Positions 8,549-18,966 of a stretch of 32,000 nucleotides of DNA are shown here, in pieces. A program made the translations under genes and the position numbers. This DNA is from Copranaerobaculum intestinale. GTDB lineage: Bacteria; Bacillota_I; Bacilli_A; Erysipelotrichales; Erysipelotrichaceae. The DNA is taken from NCBI RefSeq assembly GCF_009831105.1, contig NZ_WUUQ01000004.1, positions 30,001 to 62,000 on the forward strand, written 5' to 3'. Numbering within the stretch: the first letter of the stretch is position 1; every line of letters starts with the position of its first letter. The notes below the pieces were generated by a model. It worked only from the letters and a program-made list of their open reading frames with translations, searched no databases and was not told the DNA's origin.

Positions 8549-9139
8549 CTAACGATAGAATGTTTTATCTAAAGGATAGTAGCTTTTATTCAGCGGCAGC
8601 CAAATCAAACGCGGATAGAGGTAGTGCACTTGGATCGGTCCATCCTGATAGTGTTTAAATAAGGTATATAAATCTCTTAAGGATAAATCAGTTTTAAGGT
8701 AGTGCTGGTAATTGGCGATCGTCTTAAAACTGAGATGCTGTCCAATCGCTTGAAAAATTTGGAGGGTTGAACTGAATTTATGAAGATCATAATCCTTTAG
8801 TTTAATATGAAAGTCTTTTGCGATATTTGACAGATTCAAACGAATATAATGCTTGATGTGTAAATTCATATGGGAGTTAATCGACTGTATCTGACAGGTA
8901 ATGGCAGTTTCATTTAGTTTCAGCTCATCAAATCTGGCTTTTTCCTGATTCAGACAGGTCATCGGCATAGCGGTGCGGCGATCCAGGATGCGAACCTGAA
9001 ACTGCTTATTTCCATCATCCTGCAGGATATACATATCTGGGAGCTCCTTTGCCAGAATCAAAATCTGCTTTGGGTTTACAGCATTTACAGCGGTGATATT
9101 CATAATTAACATGCAAATTATTAACAGTATTTTTTTCAT
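8549..9139 (-). CDS. hypothetical secreted protein
   Basis: N-terminal signal peptide MKKILLIICMLIMNITAVNA|V. I recognised no catalytic or family motif. Confidence 0.5.
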   Translation of the reverse strand: MKKILLIICMLIMNITAVNAVNPKQILILAKELPDMYILQDDGNKQFQVRILDRRTAMPMTCLNQEKARFDELKLNETAITCQIQSINSHMNLHIKHYIRLNLSNIAKDFHIKLKDYDLHKFSSTLQIFQAIGQHLSFKTIANYQHYLKTDLSLRDLYTLFKHYQDGPIQVHYLYPRLIWLPLNKSYYPLDKTFYR

Positions 9140-9218
9140 AGATGCCCCCTTATAAAGCTAGTATGATTGATAATTCAAAAGCTATGCAGGTCGCTATGAA
9201 GATTCTGGCTTAAATGTA

Positions 9219-9247
9219 TTGATTTGTTCAAAAATAGAATGTATAAT
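9219..9247 (+). promoter_or_regulatory. strong sigma-A-type promoter (TTGATT-17-TGtTATAAT) of the ABC importer operon
   Basis: TTGATT at 9219-9224, a 17-nt spacer ending in TG (extended -10), TATAAT at 9242-9247. Confidence 0.65.
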
Positions 9248-9274
9248 TACCTTTATGAACAAAAGGGTGATATT

Positions 9275-10249
9275 TTGAAAAAAATAATAATCGGTTTGCT
9301 GGCAGCGTGTGCTTGTTTACTTACCATTATGCAGAAGCAGGAAGCCAATACCATTATCGTATATTCCAGCATGGAGCAGTTTCGAAACGATGAGCTTCAG
9401 AAGCAGCTGAATCAGAAATTTCCCGACTTGCATGTTTTTGTCATGTATATGCCTACGGCTAAAGCAGCTGCGCGTATTCATGTAGAACAGGAAAATACCG
9501 ATGCAGACATCGTTGTGAATTTGGAGACAGCATATTTAGAAATGATTAAAGATCAGCTTGCGCCAAGTTCACAATTCTCAAAGCTGGATTACCTTGCGGA
9601 TGCAAAATCTCCAGATGACCGCTATGTAATATGGGATCGGCAGGCGGGAAGTATCATTGTGAATAAAGATGTCATAAAAAAACATCATCTTGATATACCG
9701 AAAACATATGATGATTTATTAAAACCTGAATACAAGGGTTTAATTGCTATGCCTGATCCGAAATCAAGCGGCACCGGGTATTTCTTTTATAAGAATCTTG
9801 TAAATAAATTAGGTGAAAAAGCTGCTTTGAATTATATTGATCGGCTGGCTGTGAATGTGAAACAATTCAGCGAATCGGGATCTGGGCCGGTCAAACTGTT
9901 GATTCAAGGTGAAGTAGCGATCGGGCTCGGCTTGACTTTTCAGGGAGTAAACGAAAGTAACAACGGAAATCATTTTGAAATACTGCGTCCGGAATTCGGT
10001 TCTCCTTATTCCTTGACCGGAGCCGGAATTATAAAAGGTCGAGAACATAATAAGGATATTCAGCGAGTATATTCTTTTATTATCAATGATTTTCTGGTTT
10101 ATGATAAAGAATATTTCAGTCCTGAACCAATTTTAAAGCAACAGGTGAATCGGATTCCGCATTATCCTAAAGATATTCAGTATGCAGATATGAACGGGAT
10201 TGAGGATTTAAAAGAAAAAGAAAGGCTGTTATCATTATGGAAATATTAA
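9275..10249 (+). CDS. ABC transporter substrate-binding lipoprotein (Fe3+/thiamine/2-aminoethylphosphonate-type SBP family)
   Basis: TTG 9275 follows RBS aaagggtg and lies downstream of the promoter at 9219-9247; the ORF-track ATG 9224 sits inside that promoter. Lipobox LLAAC. IIVYSS...DADIVV...SSGTGYFF is a typical family-1 SBP pattern. Confidence 0.7.
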   Translation: MKKIIIGLLAACACLLTIMQKQEANTIIVYSSMEQFRNDELQKQLNQKFPDLHVFVMYMPTAKAAARIHVEQENTDADIVVNLETAYLEMIKDQLAPSSQFSKLDYLADAKSPDDRYVIWDRQAGSIIVNKDVIKKHHLDIPKTYDDLLKPEYKGLIAMPDPKSSGTGYFFYKNLVNKLGEKAALNYIDRLAVNVKQFSESGSGPVKLLIQGEVAIGLGLTFQGVNESNNGNHFEILRPEFGSPYSLTGAGIIKGREHNKDIQRVYSFIINDFLVYDKEYFSPEPILKQQVNRIPHYPKDIQYADMNGIEDLKEKERLLSLWKY

Positions 10250-11025
10250 ATTCGAATCTAAAGCTAATCGTGAAAGATCTTTATAAAAATTTTGACGGCA
10301 AAGATGTGTTGAATCATATATCATTCGATGTAAAACCGGGTGAATTTCTGTCGGTGCTGGGACCTAGCGGCTGTGGGAAAACAACCCTCCTGCGCATTCT
10401 CATTGGATTGGAGAAGCAAAACAGCGGGGAAATTATTCTGGAGGGAAAGGAAATTTCTAATCTGTCACCGGAGAAACGAGGCATGGGAATTGTATTTCAA
10501 AATTATGCGTTATTTCCTAATATGACGGTGCTTGGCAATGTTGAGTACGCATTAAAGCTACATCAAGAAACGGCGGGTGACGCACGTGAAATTGCGAAAA
10601 GAACGCTGGATTTGATCGGTATGTCTGATCAGTTGGATAAAAAACCAAAACAGCTTTCCGGAGGGCAGCAGCAGCGTGTGGCGATTGCCAGAACATTGGC
10701 ATTGAATCCCAATATTATTCTGCTTGATGAACCGATTTCCGCACTGGATGTATCGATGCGGGAAGTTATGAAAAGAGAGCTGAAGGATATCCAAAAGAAA
10801 TTTCAGGCTACGATGATTTTTATTACCCACGAACAGGAAGAAGCATTTTACTTGTCGGATCGCATCATGATCATGAGTGAAGGAAATATCGAACAGCTGG
10901 ATACGCCGCGTAATATTTATGATCATCCGGCAAATGATTATGTAAGAGATTTTGTCGTAGCGCATCTGGATCAAAAGTATGAATCATTATTAAAATGCAC
11001 AGGAAGAATCGATCATGAAAAGTAA
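10237..11025 (+). CDS. ABC transporter ATP-binding protein
   Basis: Walker A GPSGCGKTT, signature LSGGQQQRV, Walker B ILLDEP, H-loop ITHEQ. The protein is short (262 aa) with no long C-terminal regulatory domain. Its start overlaps the SBP gene. Confidence 0.9.
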   Translation: MEILNSNLKLIVKDLYKNFDGKDVLNHISFDVKPGEFLSVLGPSGCGKTTLLRILIGLEKQNSGEIILEGKEISNLSPEKRGMGIVFQNYALFPNMTVLGNVEYALKLHQETAGDAREIAKRTLDLIGMSDQLDKKPKQLSGGQQQRVAIARTLALNPNIILLDEPISALDVSMREVMKRELKDIQKKFQATMIFITHEQEEAFYLSDRIMIMSEGNIEQLDTPRNIYDHPANDYVRDFVVAHLDQKYESLLKCTGRIDHEK

Positions 11026-12598
11026 ACGTTTCTCAACCCTGAAAATTCTAGTTGGATTGTTTTTATGTGTCAGCGTGCTCTTTCCTCTGATTTTATTGAT
11101 TACGCATATTCAGCCAGAGGACTTTGCCAAGGTTGCCTCATCCGCTCAGTTTTGGCCGATGATCGGCAATTCGCTGCTTGCGACAACGATTTCCATGTTA
11201 ATATCGGTCACGCTTGCATTGGGGCTGGCGTGGTGTGTGAACCGCAGCAGAATCCGTTATAAATCTGTATTCAGCGTATTGTTTACCTTGCCAATGCTGA
11301 TTCCCAGCATTTCGCATGGAATGGGTTTGGTTTTGCTATTTGGTGACAATGGGATCTTGACGAATCTATTAGGAATCAATATTCATCTGTATGGATTAGT
11401 GGGGATTGTCATTGGATCGGTGCTGTACAGCTTTCCCGTTGCCTTTTTAATGCTGACTGATATTTTTCGATATGAAGATTATACGGTATATGAAGCGGCT
11501 CAGGTGTTAGGTCTCAGCAAATGGCAGCAATTTGTTACCATTACTCTGCCTAATTTAAAAGCACCGCTCATTTCGATTATTTTTGCGACATTTACCTTAA
11601 TCTTCACGGATTACGGAGTTCCGCTGATTGTCGGCGGCAAGATGATGACAATTCCCGTCTATATGTACCGGGAAGTCATTGGACTGCTCGATTTTTCAAA
11701 GGGAGCTATTCTCGGTCTTCTGTTGCTGATTCCTGCCGTGATTGCCTTTGTGATTGATTTAAGGAGTGAAGATAACGGAAATGTCAGCACGGTTACCAAG
11801 CCTTATCAGATTGGACCCAATAAGCGTAGGGATGGTTTGGCATATTTGCTGTGCATCGGAACCGTTGTGCTTGTTTCGCTGCCCCTGATAGCCTTTGCTT
11901 ATCTGAGCTTTGTTAGGCAGTATCCAATTGATATGAGTCTATCTCTGCACAACATTAAAAAAGCATTTACCCTGGGAGTTGATATGTATTTGGTAAATTC
12001 CCTGGCCATCGCTTTGGCAACCTCAGTTTTAGGTACTGCTGTATCCTATTTTACCGCTTTTCTTACCGCTAGATCACATCGTACCTTTTCTAATATGACG
12101 CTGCATTTGATTTCAATGGTGTCACTCGCAGTACCGGGAATTGTACTTGGTCTATCTTATGTTTTATTCTTTAAGGGTACCTTCATATATGGAACTATTA
12201 TGATTTTGATTCTTGTTAATATTATACATTTTTTTGCATCTCCTTATCTTTTGGCGTATAATTCATTATGCAAATTCAATGAAAATCTGGAGGATGTATC
12301 AACGACCCTGGGTATCAGCCGAATCAGAATGCTTTTGGATGTGTATCTGCCATGTACCCAAGCAACCATTGTAGAAATGTTCAGTTATTTCTTTGTCAAC
12401 TGCATGGTGACAATTTCGGCGGTATCATTCCTTGCCAATTTCAAAAATATGCCGTTAGCCTTGCTGATCCCGCAGTTTGATTCTCAATCGCTGATTGAGG
12501 CAACAGCCTTTATCTCAATTTTGATCTTGCTCGTAAACGGTTTATTAAAAATATCGGTATTCTTTATCAAGCGACAGCTGCAGAAACAGGAGGCTTAA
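11015..12598 (+). CDS. ABC transporter permease, fused double-domain (ThiP/FbpB-like)
   Basis: 527 aa with about 12 hydrophobic segments and two EAA-like loops (YEAAQVLGLSKWQQF and LEDVSTTLGISRIRML). Its start overlaps the ATPase gene. Confidence 0.85.
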   Translation: MKSKRFSTLKILVGLFLCVSVLFPLILLITHIQPEDFAKVASSAQFWPMIGNSLLATTISMLISVTLALGLAWCVNRSRIRYKSVFSVLFTLPMLIPSISHGMGLVLLFGDNGILTNLLGINIHLYGLVGIVIGSVLYSFPVAFLMLTDIFRYEDYTVYEAAQVLGLSKWQQFVTITLPNLKAPLISIIFATFTLIFTDYGVPLIVGGKMMTIPVYMYREVIGLLDFSKGAILGLLLLIPAVIAFVIDLRSEDNGNVSTVTKPYQIGPNKRRDGLAYLLCIGTVVLVSLPLIAFAYLSFVRQYPIDMSLSLHNIKKAFTLGVDMYLVNSLAIALATSVLGTAVSYFTAFLTARSHRTFSNMTLHLISMVSLAVPGIVLGLSYVLFFKGTFIYGTIMILILVNIIHFFASPYLLAYNSLCKFNENLEDVSTTLGISRIRMLLDVYLPCTQATIVEMFSYFFVNCMVTISAVSFLANFKNMPLALLIPQFDSQSLIEATAFISILILLVNGLLKISVFFIKRQLQKQEA

Positions 12599-12599
12599 T

Positions 12600-13508
12600 A
12601 TGAATCTTACTTATAATCAATTTGAAATCTTAGTTACCATTGAATGTGAACAGGATAAAAAGCACACACAGCGAACCTTGGCAGCACGGCTCGATATGTC
12701 ATTAGGCTTAGTTAATAAAACGTTGGAAGAGCTCAAGGAACAGGAGCTTATCCTTGCACGCACCGGTTCTCGTTACGAGGTTACGTTAAAGGGATACAAC
12801 TGGCTGGAGCCCTATAAAGTAAAAAAGGCAATCTTTATTGCGGCTGGTTTTGGATCGCGTTTGGTTCCGATTACTTTAAATACACCTAAGCCCTTAATTT
12901 TAGTACATGGAAAACGAATTATTGAAACGCTGTTAGATGCTGTAGTGGATGCGGGCATAAAGGATATCACCATTGTTCGCGGATATTTAGGGGAGCAGTT
13001 TGATGTCCTTTTGAAGAAGTACCCAACCATTAAATTTGTAGAGAATCCCTTATATAATGAATCCAACAATATCAGTTCAATGATGATGGTACGTGAGAAT
13101 TTATCGAACAGCTATGTATTCGAAAGTGATTTAATGCTTTATAATCCGAAGCTGATACGGAAATATGAATATACTTCGAATTATTTAGGAATGAAAGTAG
13201 ATATGACAGATGATTGGTGTTTCTTTACAAAACGCGGTTATATTTCTAAATTAGGAGTGGGCGGAAAAAACTGTCATCATATGTTTGGTATCAGTTACTG
13301 GAATAAGGAAGATGGAGAAAAAATGGCTGATGATATCAAGGCTTCTTTCGAAATGCCTGGAGGAAAAGAAAAATACTGGGATGAAGTAGCGCTGCGTGAT
13401 TTTATCAGTCATTATAAAATCATGGTTAAGCCTTGTCATAAAGAGGATATTATAGAAATTGATACTTTTAATGAATTAAAAGCAATCGATCCGATTTATG
13501 CCGTATAA
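12600..13508 (+). CDS. winged-helix domain fused to a LicC-like nucleotidyltransferase (phospho-amine cytidylyltransferase family)
   Basis: Residues 1-75 look like a MarR-type wHTH (TQRTLAARLDMSLGLVNKTLEELKEQELI). Next comes the nucleotidyltransferase glycine-rich loop AIFIAAGFGSRLVPITLNTPKPL and a LicC-like remainder. ATG 12600 is 1 nt after the permease stop. Confidence 0.65.
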   Translation: MNLTYNQFEILVTIECEQDKKHTQRTLAARLDMSLGLVNKTLEELKEQELILARTGSRYEVTLKGYNWLEPYKVKKAIFIAAGFGSRLVPITLNTPKPLILVHGKRIIETLLDAVVDAGIKDITIVRGYLGEQFDVLLKKYPTIKFVENPLYNESNNISSMMMVRENLSNSYVFESDLMLYNPKLIRKYEYTSNYLGMKVDMTDDWCFFTKRGYISKLGVGGKNCHHMFGISYWNKEDGEKMADDIKASFEMPGGKEKYWDEVALRDFISHYKIMVKPCHKEDIIEIDTFNELKAIDPIYAV

Positions 13509-13545
13509 AAAGATTCATGCTATTACACGCATGAATCTTTTTTTT
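13507..13545. terminator. bidirectional intrinsic terminator between the ABC/LicC operon and gdhA
   Basis: aaaaagattcatgc-tattacac-gcatgaatcttttttt. Confidence 0.8.
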
Positions 13546-13547
13546 AC

Positions 13548-14927
<1,380 letters not shown>

Positions 14928-15124
14928 TTATATGAAACTATTTTTTTTATGACTTGCATTCCAACATGTTGGTAATGGGCTTGATGTAAGATGTTATCAC
15001 CAAGCGAGGTTGTCCAGATCAAGACATTAAACGGATCGATATCCAATCAGGAACGTGACCTGTAAAACGGTAGAAATTCATCATAAGACATGTCAAAAAC
15101 GATGAAAGAGTTGGAGGGTATGTA

Positions 15125-15514
15125 ATGATTACGCTACAAGAAATCAAACTGTGGATACAAAGTTATTTGGATAATGTATATGTGAGCATTGGGGAGGTAA
15201 CTGAGGGAAGTGATCGTCAGGCAGCAATCCGGACAGTAAAGGGAGCGATTGCCCCAGCGTCAATTGGGAAAAGCAGTTCTTATTGTAACCTGAGCATTGC
15301 TGTACAGTATGCTCAGACAGGTGAAGATGATGCCGAAAACGTTGCTTGGCAGATTTATGATCTTCTGAATCAGGCTTCCAGTATCGGTGCACATGCGATC
15401 AATCATATCCAAATGGCATATGAATATCCGCTGTGGATAAGAAAAACAAGTGAGGGTGCAACTGTATTTGAGGCAGCGGCATTAATCAATTATCAAAATG
15501 AAGAAGGAGAATGA
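15125..15514 (+). CDS. putative tail terminator / tail completion protein
   Basis: A 129-aa protein encoded immediately upstream of, and overlapping, the major tail protein gene, which is the position held by lambda gpU / SPP1 gp17 analogues. The call rests on position and size only. Confidence 0.4.
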   Translation: MITLQEIKLWIQSYLDNVYVSIGEVTEGSDRQAAIRTVKGAIAPASIGKSSSYCNLSIAVQYAQTGEDDAENVAWQIYDLLNQASSIGAHAINHIQMAYEYPLWIRKTSEGATVFEAAALINYQNEEGE

Positions 15515-15516
15515 TT

Positions 15517-15960
15517 ATGAACGGAGTATTTCCTGTATACAACATGACTTTTAAAATTGGTTCTAAAGGGCTGACATCAGCTGAGGCGGATATGGTCAGT
15601 GTAAAGGATATGGAATCCTTTTCGATAGCAATGGAAAATGGAACAGAAAACTGGACGCCATTAGACGGATCCGGCTGGGCACGTTCTTTAATGACGGCTA
15701 AGAAAATGACAATTTCATTGAAAGGAAAACGCTGCATTGGTGATGCTGGAAATGATTATGTAGCTGCGGCCGCCTATAAAGATGCGGCTGACTGTGCAAC
15801 TAAAGTTATTGTTGATTTTCCGGATGGGGCCACATTGGCATTTGACTGTGTTTTAGATGTAAAAACGATCGGCGGAGACAGTACTAATATTACGCCGTTA
15901 GAATTTGACATGATTGCCAATGGAAGACCGGTATACACGCCGGCGGCTGAAAAAGCGTAA
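15517..15960 (+). CDS. major tail (tube) protein, phi13/TP901-1-like
   Basis: 147 aa, sited before the tail chaperone pair. Its composition is typical of small siphovirus tube proteins (..ISLKGKR..GDAG..FPDG..FD..V...GG). GGAGA at 15506-15510 favours ATG 15517 over 15511. Confidence 0.6.
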   Translation: MNGVFPVYNMTFKIGSKGLTSAEADMVSVKDMESFSIAMENGTENWTPLDGSGWARSLMTAKKMTISLKGKRCIGDAGNDYVAAAAYKDAADCATKVIVDFPDGATLAFDCVLDVKTIGGDSTNITPLEFDMIANGRPVYTPAAEKA

Positions 15961-15973
15961 GGATCAAATAAAG

Positions 15974-16336
15974 ATGGCACGCAAATATGATCTTGTCGAA
16001 CGTTTAAAGACAGCTAATGAAAGACCCTTCTTAGTCCTGGATGAAGAACATGTATATACCATTAACACCAGTAAAAATAACGTTATAGCTATGATGGCAA
16101 TGATGGATGAATATGAACGGAATAGCGAAGGGAATCCCAATCACAGCCAGCTGGAAATGATGGACAAGATGATTACAATGGCTCTGGGTAAAGCAGGTGC
16201 GGAGTATATTGCCAGCAGAGAAGACTGGACGTTTGATGCACTTCAGGATGTTGTCAAATCAATTTCTGCTGCAATTGCCAATATCAGTATTGAAGAAGTA
16301 GAAAAGCGCAGCAACCAAGCAGGCAAAAAAAAATAG
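15974..16336 (+). CDS. tail assembly chaperone (G-like, short product)
   Basis: An acidic 120-aa protein between the tube protein and the tape measure. It ends GKKK* on a 9-A run. The ORF-track start 15914 overlaps the tube gene; ATG 15974 is the plausible start. Confidence 0.65.
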   Translation: MARKYDLVERLKTANERPFLVLDEEHVYTINTSKNNVIAMMAMMDEYERNSEGNPNHSQLEMMDKMITMALGKAGAEYIASREDWTFDALQDVVKSISAAIANISIEEVEKRSNQAGKKK

Positions 16337-16674
16337 CCGAGGACTGGTACGATCTGTTTGATGATTGGGATTTAATTGAGGCTTCTTTTGCAATGCAATA
16401 TCCGGGAAAGAACCTCTATGATGAATCTATGGACTGGGTACAGTTTTCAGCGCTGCTCGCCGGCATTATGCCGGAAACTCCATTGGGTCAGATTGTGAGT
16501 ATCCGAAGTGAAGAAGATCCCCGCGTATTGAAAAGCTTCACAGCAGAACAGCATCAGATCCGAAATAATTGGAGAGAAAAGAAACGGCAGGAACAGCTGG
16601 ACAAACTCACTTCAACCGATATGGAAAAACAGATCGTTGATCTGCAGAATATGATGGCGCATGCTTTCCGATAG
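15974..16674 (+). CDS. tail assembly chaperone GT-like fusion made by a -1 programmed frameshift
   Basis: The -1 frame is open from 16294 through 16674 and reads ...KKIAEDWYDLFDDWDLIEASFAMQYPGKNLYDE... (Gp15-like). The annotated ORF 16393..16674 has no RBS of its own. Confidence 0.6.
16325..16333 (+). promoter_or_regulatory. slippery site (A AAA AAA within a run of nine A) for the G/GT -1 frameshift
   Basis: The zero frame reads ggc aaa aaa aaa tag. The -1 frame reads caa aaa aaa ata gcc and continues open. Confidence 0.6.
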
Positions 16675-16686
16675 CTCGGTATCATC

Positions 16687-16711
16687 AAAAGGCACCGAAG
16701 GGTGCCTTTTT
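16687..16711 (+). terminator. intrinsic-terminator-like hairpin inside the tail operon, just upstream of the tape measure gene
   Basis: aaaaGGCACC-gaag-GGTGCCttttt, 13 nt after the GT stop and 21 nt before ATG 16732. Confidence 0.55.
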
Positions 16712-16731
16712 GCGTAAAGGAGGTTACATAT

Positions 16732-18588
16732 ATGGCAGAAACAATTAGGGTGCAGCTGCAACCGGATATAGATACACTCAGTGCACAACTGAGAAACAGT
16801 ATATTGCAGGCTTTTAATTCGCTTAACAGCAGTTTGAGCCAAACCGGCGTAGTTATGATCACAACGCTCGACTCGTTTAAGAATCGTGCAATATCAGCAT
16901 TAAAAGCGATGGCTAAAATTATTAGCAGTATTCAAATGCCGCAGTTTTCACCATCAGGAACTAGTAGTTCCACCACTGCTGGAGGCAGTATGGAAGGAGG
17001 AAATGGCCCGCCAAAATTAGATTCCCTGATAACATCCTTCAAATCACTGAGAAGTGCTTTTAACGATTTTAAGAATGGCTTCAAAGCTTTTGATGAATTA
17101 AAAACTAAATTACTGGAGTTGCCAGGAAATATTGATTTCCTTACTAGCAAGATCAATTCTATACCGATTTCCTTTGAAACTCTGAAATCGACATTCGGCG
17201 GAATATCCGGGAAGTTCTCTGACTTAAAAGGTTCACTAAGCAGTTTGAAAGAAGGATTCAGCGGGATTGGTCTCAGTGTATCTTCCTTTACATCCTCACT
17301 GGTGGGATCGCTGAAGGGTCTGTTTGAAGTAGTCAAGGCAAATCCGTTAGGAGCTTTATTGACAGTGCTGCAGTTATTGATTCCGGTTTTTATTGATCTT
17401 TACAATAATAATGAAGGATTCCGTAATCTGATTGACAGTATTATCGGGACAATCGCAGATACGGTTGTGCCGATTATCGAAACAGTATCATCCTTTCTCC
17501 AGGATTTCTGGGATAACTGTCTTGCAGTTCTCATTGATGTATTAATGAATCTATGGGAAACGGTTTTGCTGCCATTGGGAATCTGGCTGGGAGAAGTGCT
17601 CATGGGAGCATTGAATATTGTATCTGGCATCCTTATGGATCTGTTCAATAACATTTTAGTTCCGTTTGCAAATTTTTTGTCCGAAGTATTTACGACAGTG
17701 ATTAAAACGGTTATGGATGTTTGGTCAAACTGGCAACCAGCCATTCAAATGATTTGGGAATTACTGCAGGCAATCTGGAACAATGTACTGCAGCCAATTG
17801 CATCATGGCTAATGGATGTTCTGTGCAGCGCGTTTCACATGGTTGAAAATGTTGTCAGTACAGTGATTGATGTGATTATTAATGTATTCACGACCTTCTT
17901 TGATGTCGTATCTGGTGTTTGGGATGCATTGATGGAAATCATTTCAGGTGTGATCAATTTTCTAAGTGATGTATTTATGGCCGCTTGGAATACTGTATTC
18001 TCAGCAGTTGGAACAGTCATTGGCGGAATGGGGAAAACTGTAAGTGATGTCTTTGAATCACTGAAAAAGATATTTAACGGTATTATCGATTTCATCACCG
18101 GCGTATTCAGCAGTGACTGGGGAAAAGCCTGGGATGGCATCAGGAGTATTTTTTCTGGTATCTTTGACGGAGCTGCTGCGATCCTAAAGGGGCCGATCAA
18201 TATTGTCATCGGTATGATCAACAGTGCGATCAAAGCCCTGAATAAGATTTCAATAGATATTCCTGACTGGCTAGGTGGTGGTCATATCGGATTTGATATA
18301 CCAAGAATCAAGCCTTTGGCAACAGGTGGTATCATTGATCAACCAACTTTGGCAATCGTAGGTGAAGCAGGTCGTGAAGCTGTCATGCCGTTGGAACATA
18401 ACACGGGTTGGATTACACAGCTTGCTTCTGATCTGAATGTCAGAATGGGTAGCCATAACAATGATCGAATGGAAAAACTACTGAGTCAACTTATCTTGGA
18501 AGTACGCGGTCTTGATTTGAATATTGACGGTAAAAAGGCCGGTAAACTGATTTCAAGTGCTCGAAAAGAACTGTCCATGATACGATAG
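16732..18588 (+). CDS. tail tape measure protein
   Basis: 618 aa in the position after the G/GT pair. The centre is long, helical and Trp/Phe-rich and repetitive (..NLWETVLLPLGIWL.., ..IWNNVLQPIASWL..). The C-terminal motif GGIIDQPTLAIVGEAGREAVMPLE is typical of TP901-family TMPs. RBS aaggagg precedes ATG 16732. Confidence 0.8.
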   Translation: MAETIRVQLQPDIDTLSAQLRNSILQAFNSLNSSLSQTGVVMITTLDSFKNRAISALKAMAKIISSIQMPQFSPSGTSSSTTAGGSMEGGNGPPKLDSLITSFKSLRSAFNDFKNGFKAFDELKTKLLELPGNIDFLTSKINSIPISFETLKSTFGGISGKFSDLKGSLSSLKEGFSGIGLSVSSFTSSLVGSLKGLFEVVKANPLGALLTVLQLLIPVFIDLYNNNEGFRNLIDSIIGTIADTVVPIIETVSSFLQDFWDNCLAVLIDVLMNLWETVLLPLGIWLGEVLMGALNIVSGILMDLFNNILVPFANFLSEVFTTVIKTVMDVWSNWQPAIQMIWELLQAIWNNVLQPIASWLMDVLCSAFHMVENVVSTVIDVIINVFTTFFDVVSGVWDALMEIISGVINFLSDVFMAAWNTVFSAVGTVIGGMGKTVSDVFESLKKIFNGIIDFITGVFSSDWGKAWDGIRSIFSGIFDGAAAILKGPINIVIGMINSAIKALNKISIDIPDWLGGGHIGFDIPRIKPLATGGIIDQPTLAIVGEAGREAVMPLEHNTGWITQLASDLNVRMGSHNNDRMEKLLSQLILEVRGLDLNIDGKKAGKLISSARKELSMIR

Positions 18589-18598
18589 GAGGATATCT

Positions 18599-18964
18599 AT
18601 GAAATTAACATATACACTTAAAATAAATAATAAAGTTATAAAGAATATCACGAAGTATTCAGCCATATTGAATGAACTTACCGGTAATGAACAGCGAAAT
18701 GCGTGCGGTGGTCTCATTCGTTACCGCATAGCCCGCATTCCATCACTTTCAGTGGAGACTGGAATTCTGGAACCCGAAGAAATGAAAGAACTGCTGCAGT
18801 TATTAGCACTGCCGAAAGTAATGATCGAATGGTATGATCCTGAATCTGGAACATATCGTTTTGGTGAATTTTATGCGGGCGATCATGAGCCGGAGATATA
18901 CAGCATGGATCCCCTGCGTTATGCACCCCTGAAAATTGATTTTCAGGCGCTTGGAGGTATTTGA
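18599..18964 (+). CDS. small distal-tail (Dit-position) protein
   Basis: 121 aa with RBS aggagga, sited between the TMP and a Tal-like gene. It is much shorter than classical Dit proteins, so the call is positional only. Confidence 0.35.
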   Translation: MKLTYTLKINNKVIKNITKYSAILNELTGNEQRNACGGLIRYRIARIPSLSVETGILEPEEMKELLQLLALPKVMIEWYDPESGTYRFGEFYAGDHEPEIYSMDPLRYAPLKIDFQALGGI

Positions 18965-18966
18965 AT

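Noticed and set aside
9224-9274. ATG 9224 as the start of the substrate-binding protein
   Set aside because: The TTGATT-17-TATAAT promoter (9219-9247) overlaps it. TTG 9275, with an RBS and an immediately following lipoprotein signal peptide, fits better.
16554-18456. Minus-strand ORFs antisense to the GT chaperone and the tape measure gene (16554..16862, 16612..16842, 16932..17336, 17400..17744, 17835..18233, 18271..18456)
   Set aside because: Long antisense ORFs are expected opposite a repetitive, codon-biased gene. They have no RBS and no recognisable motifs.
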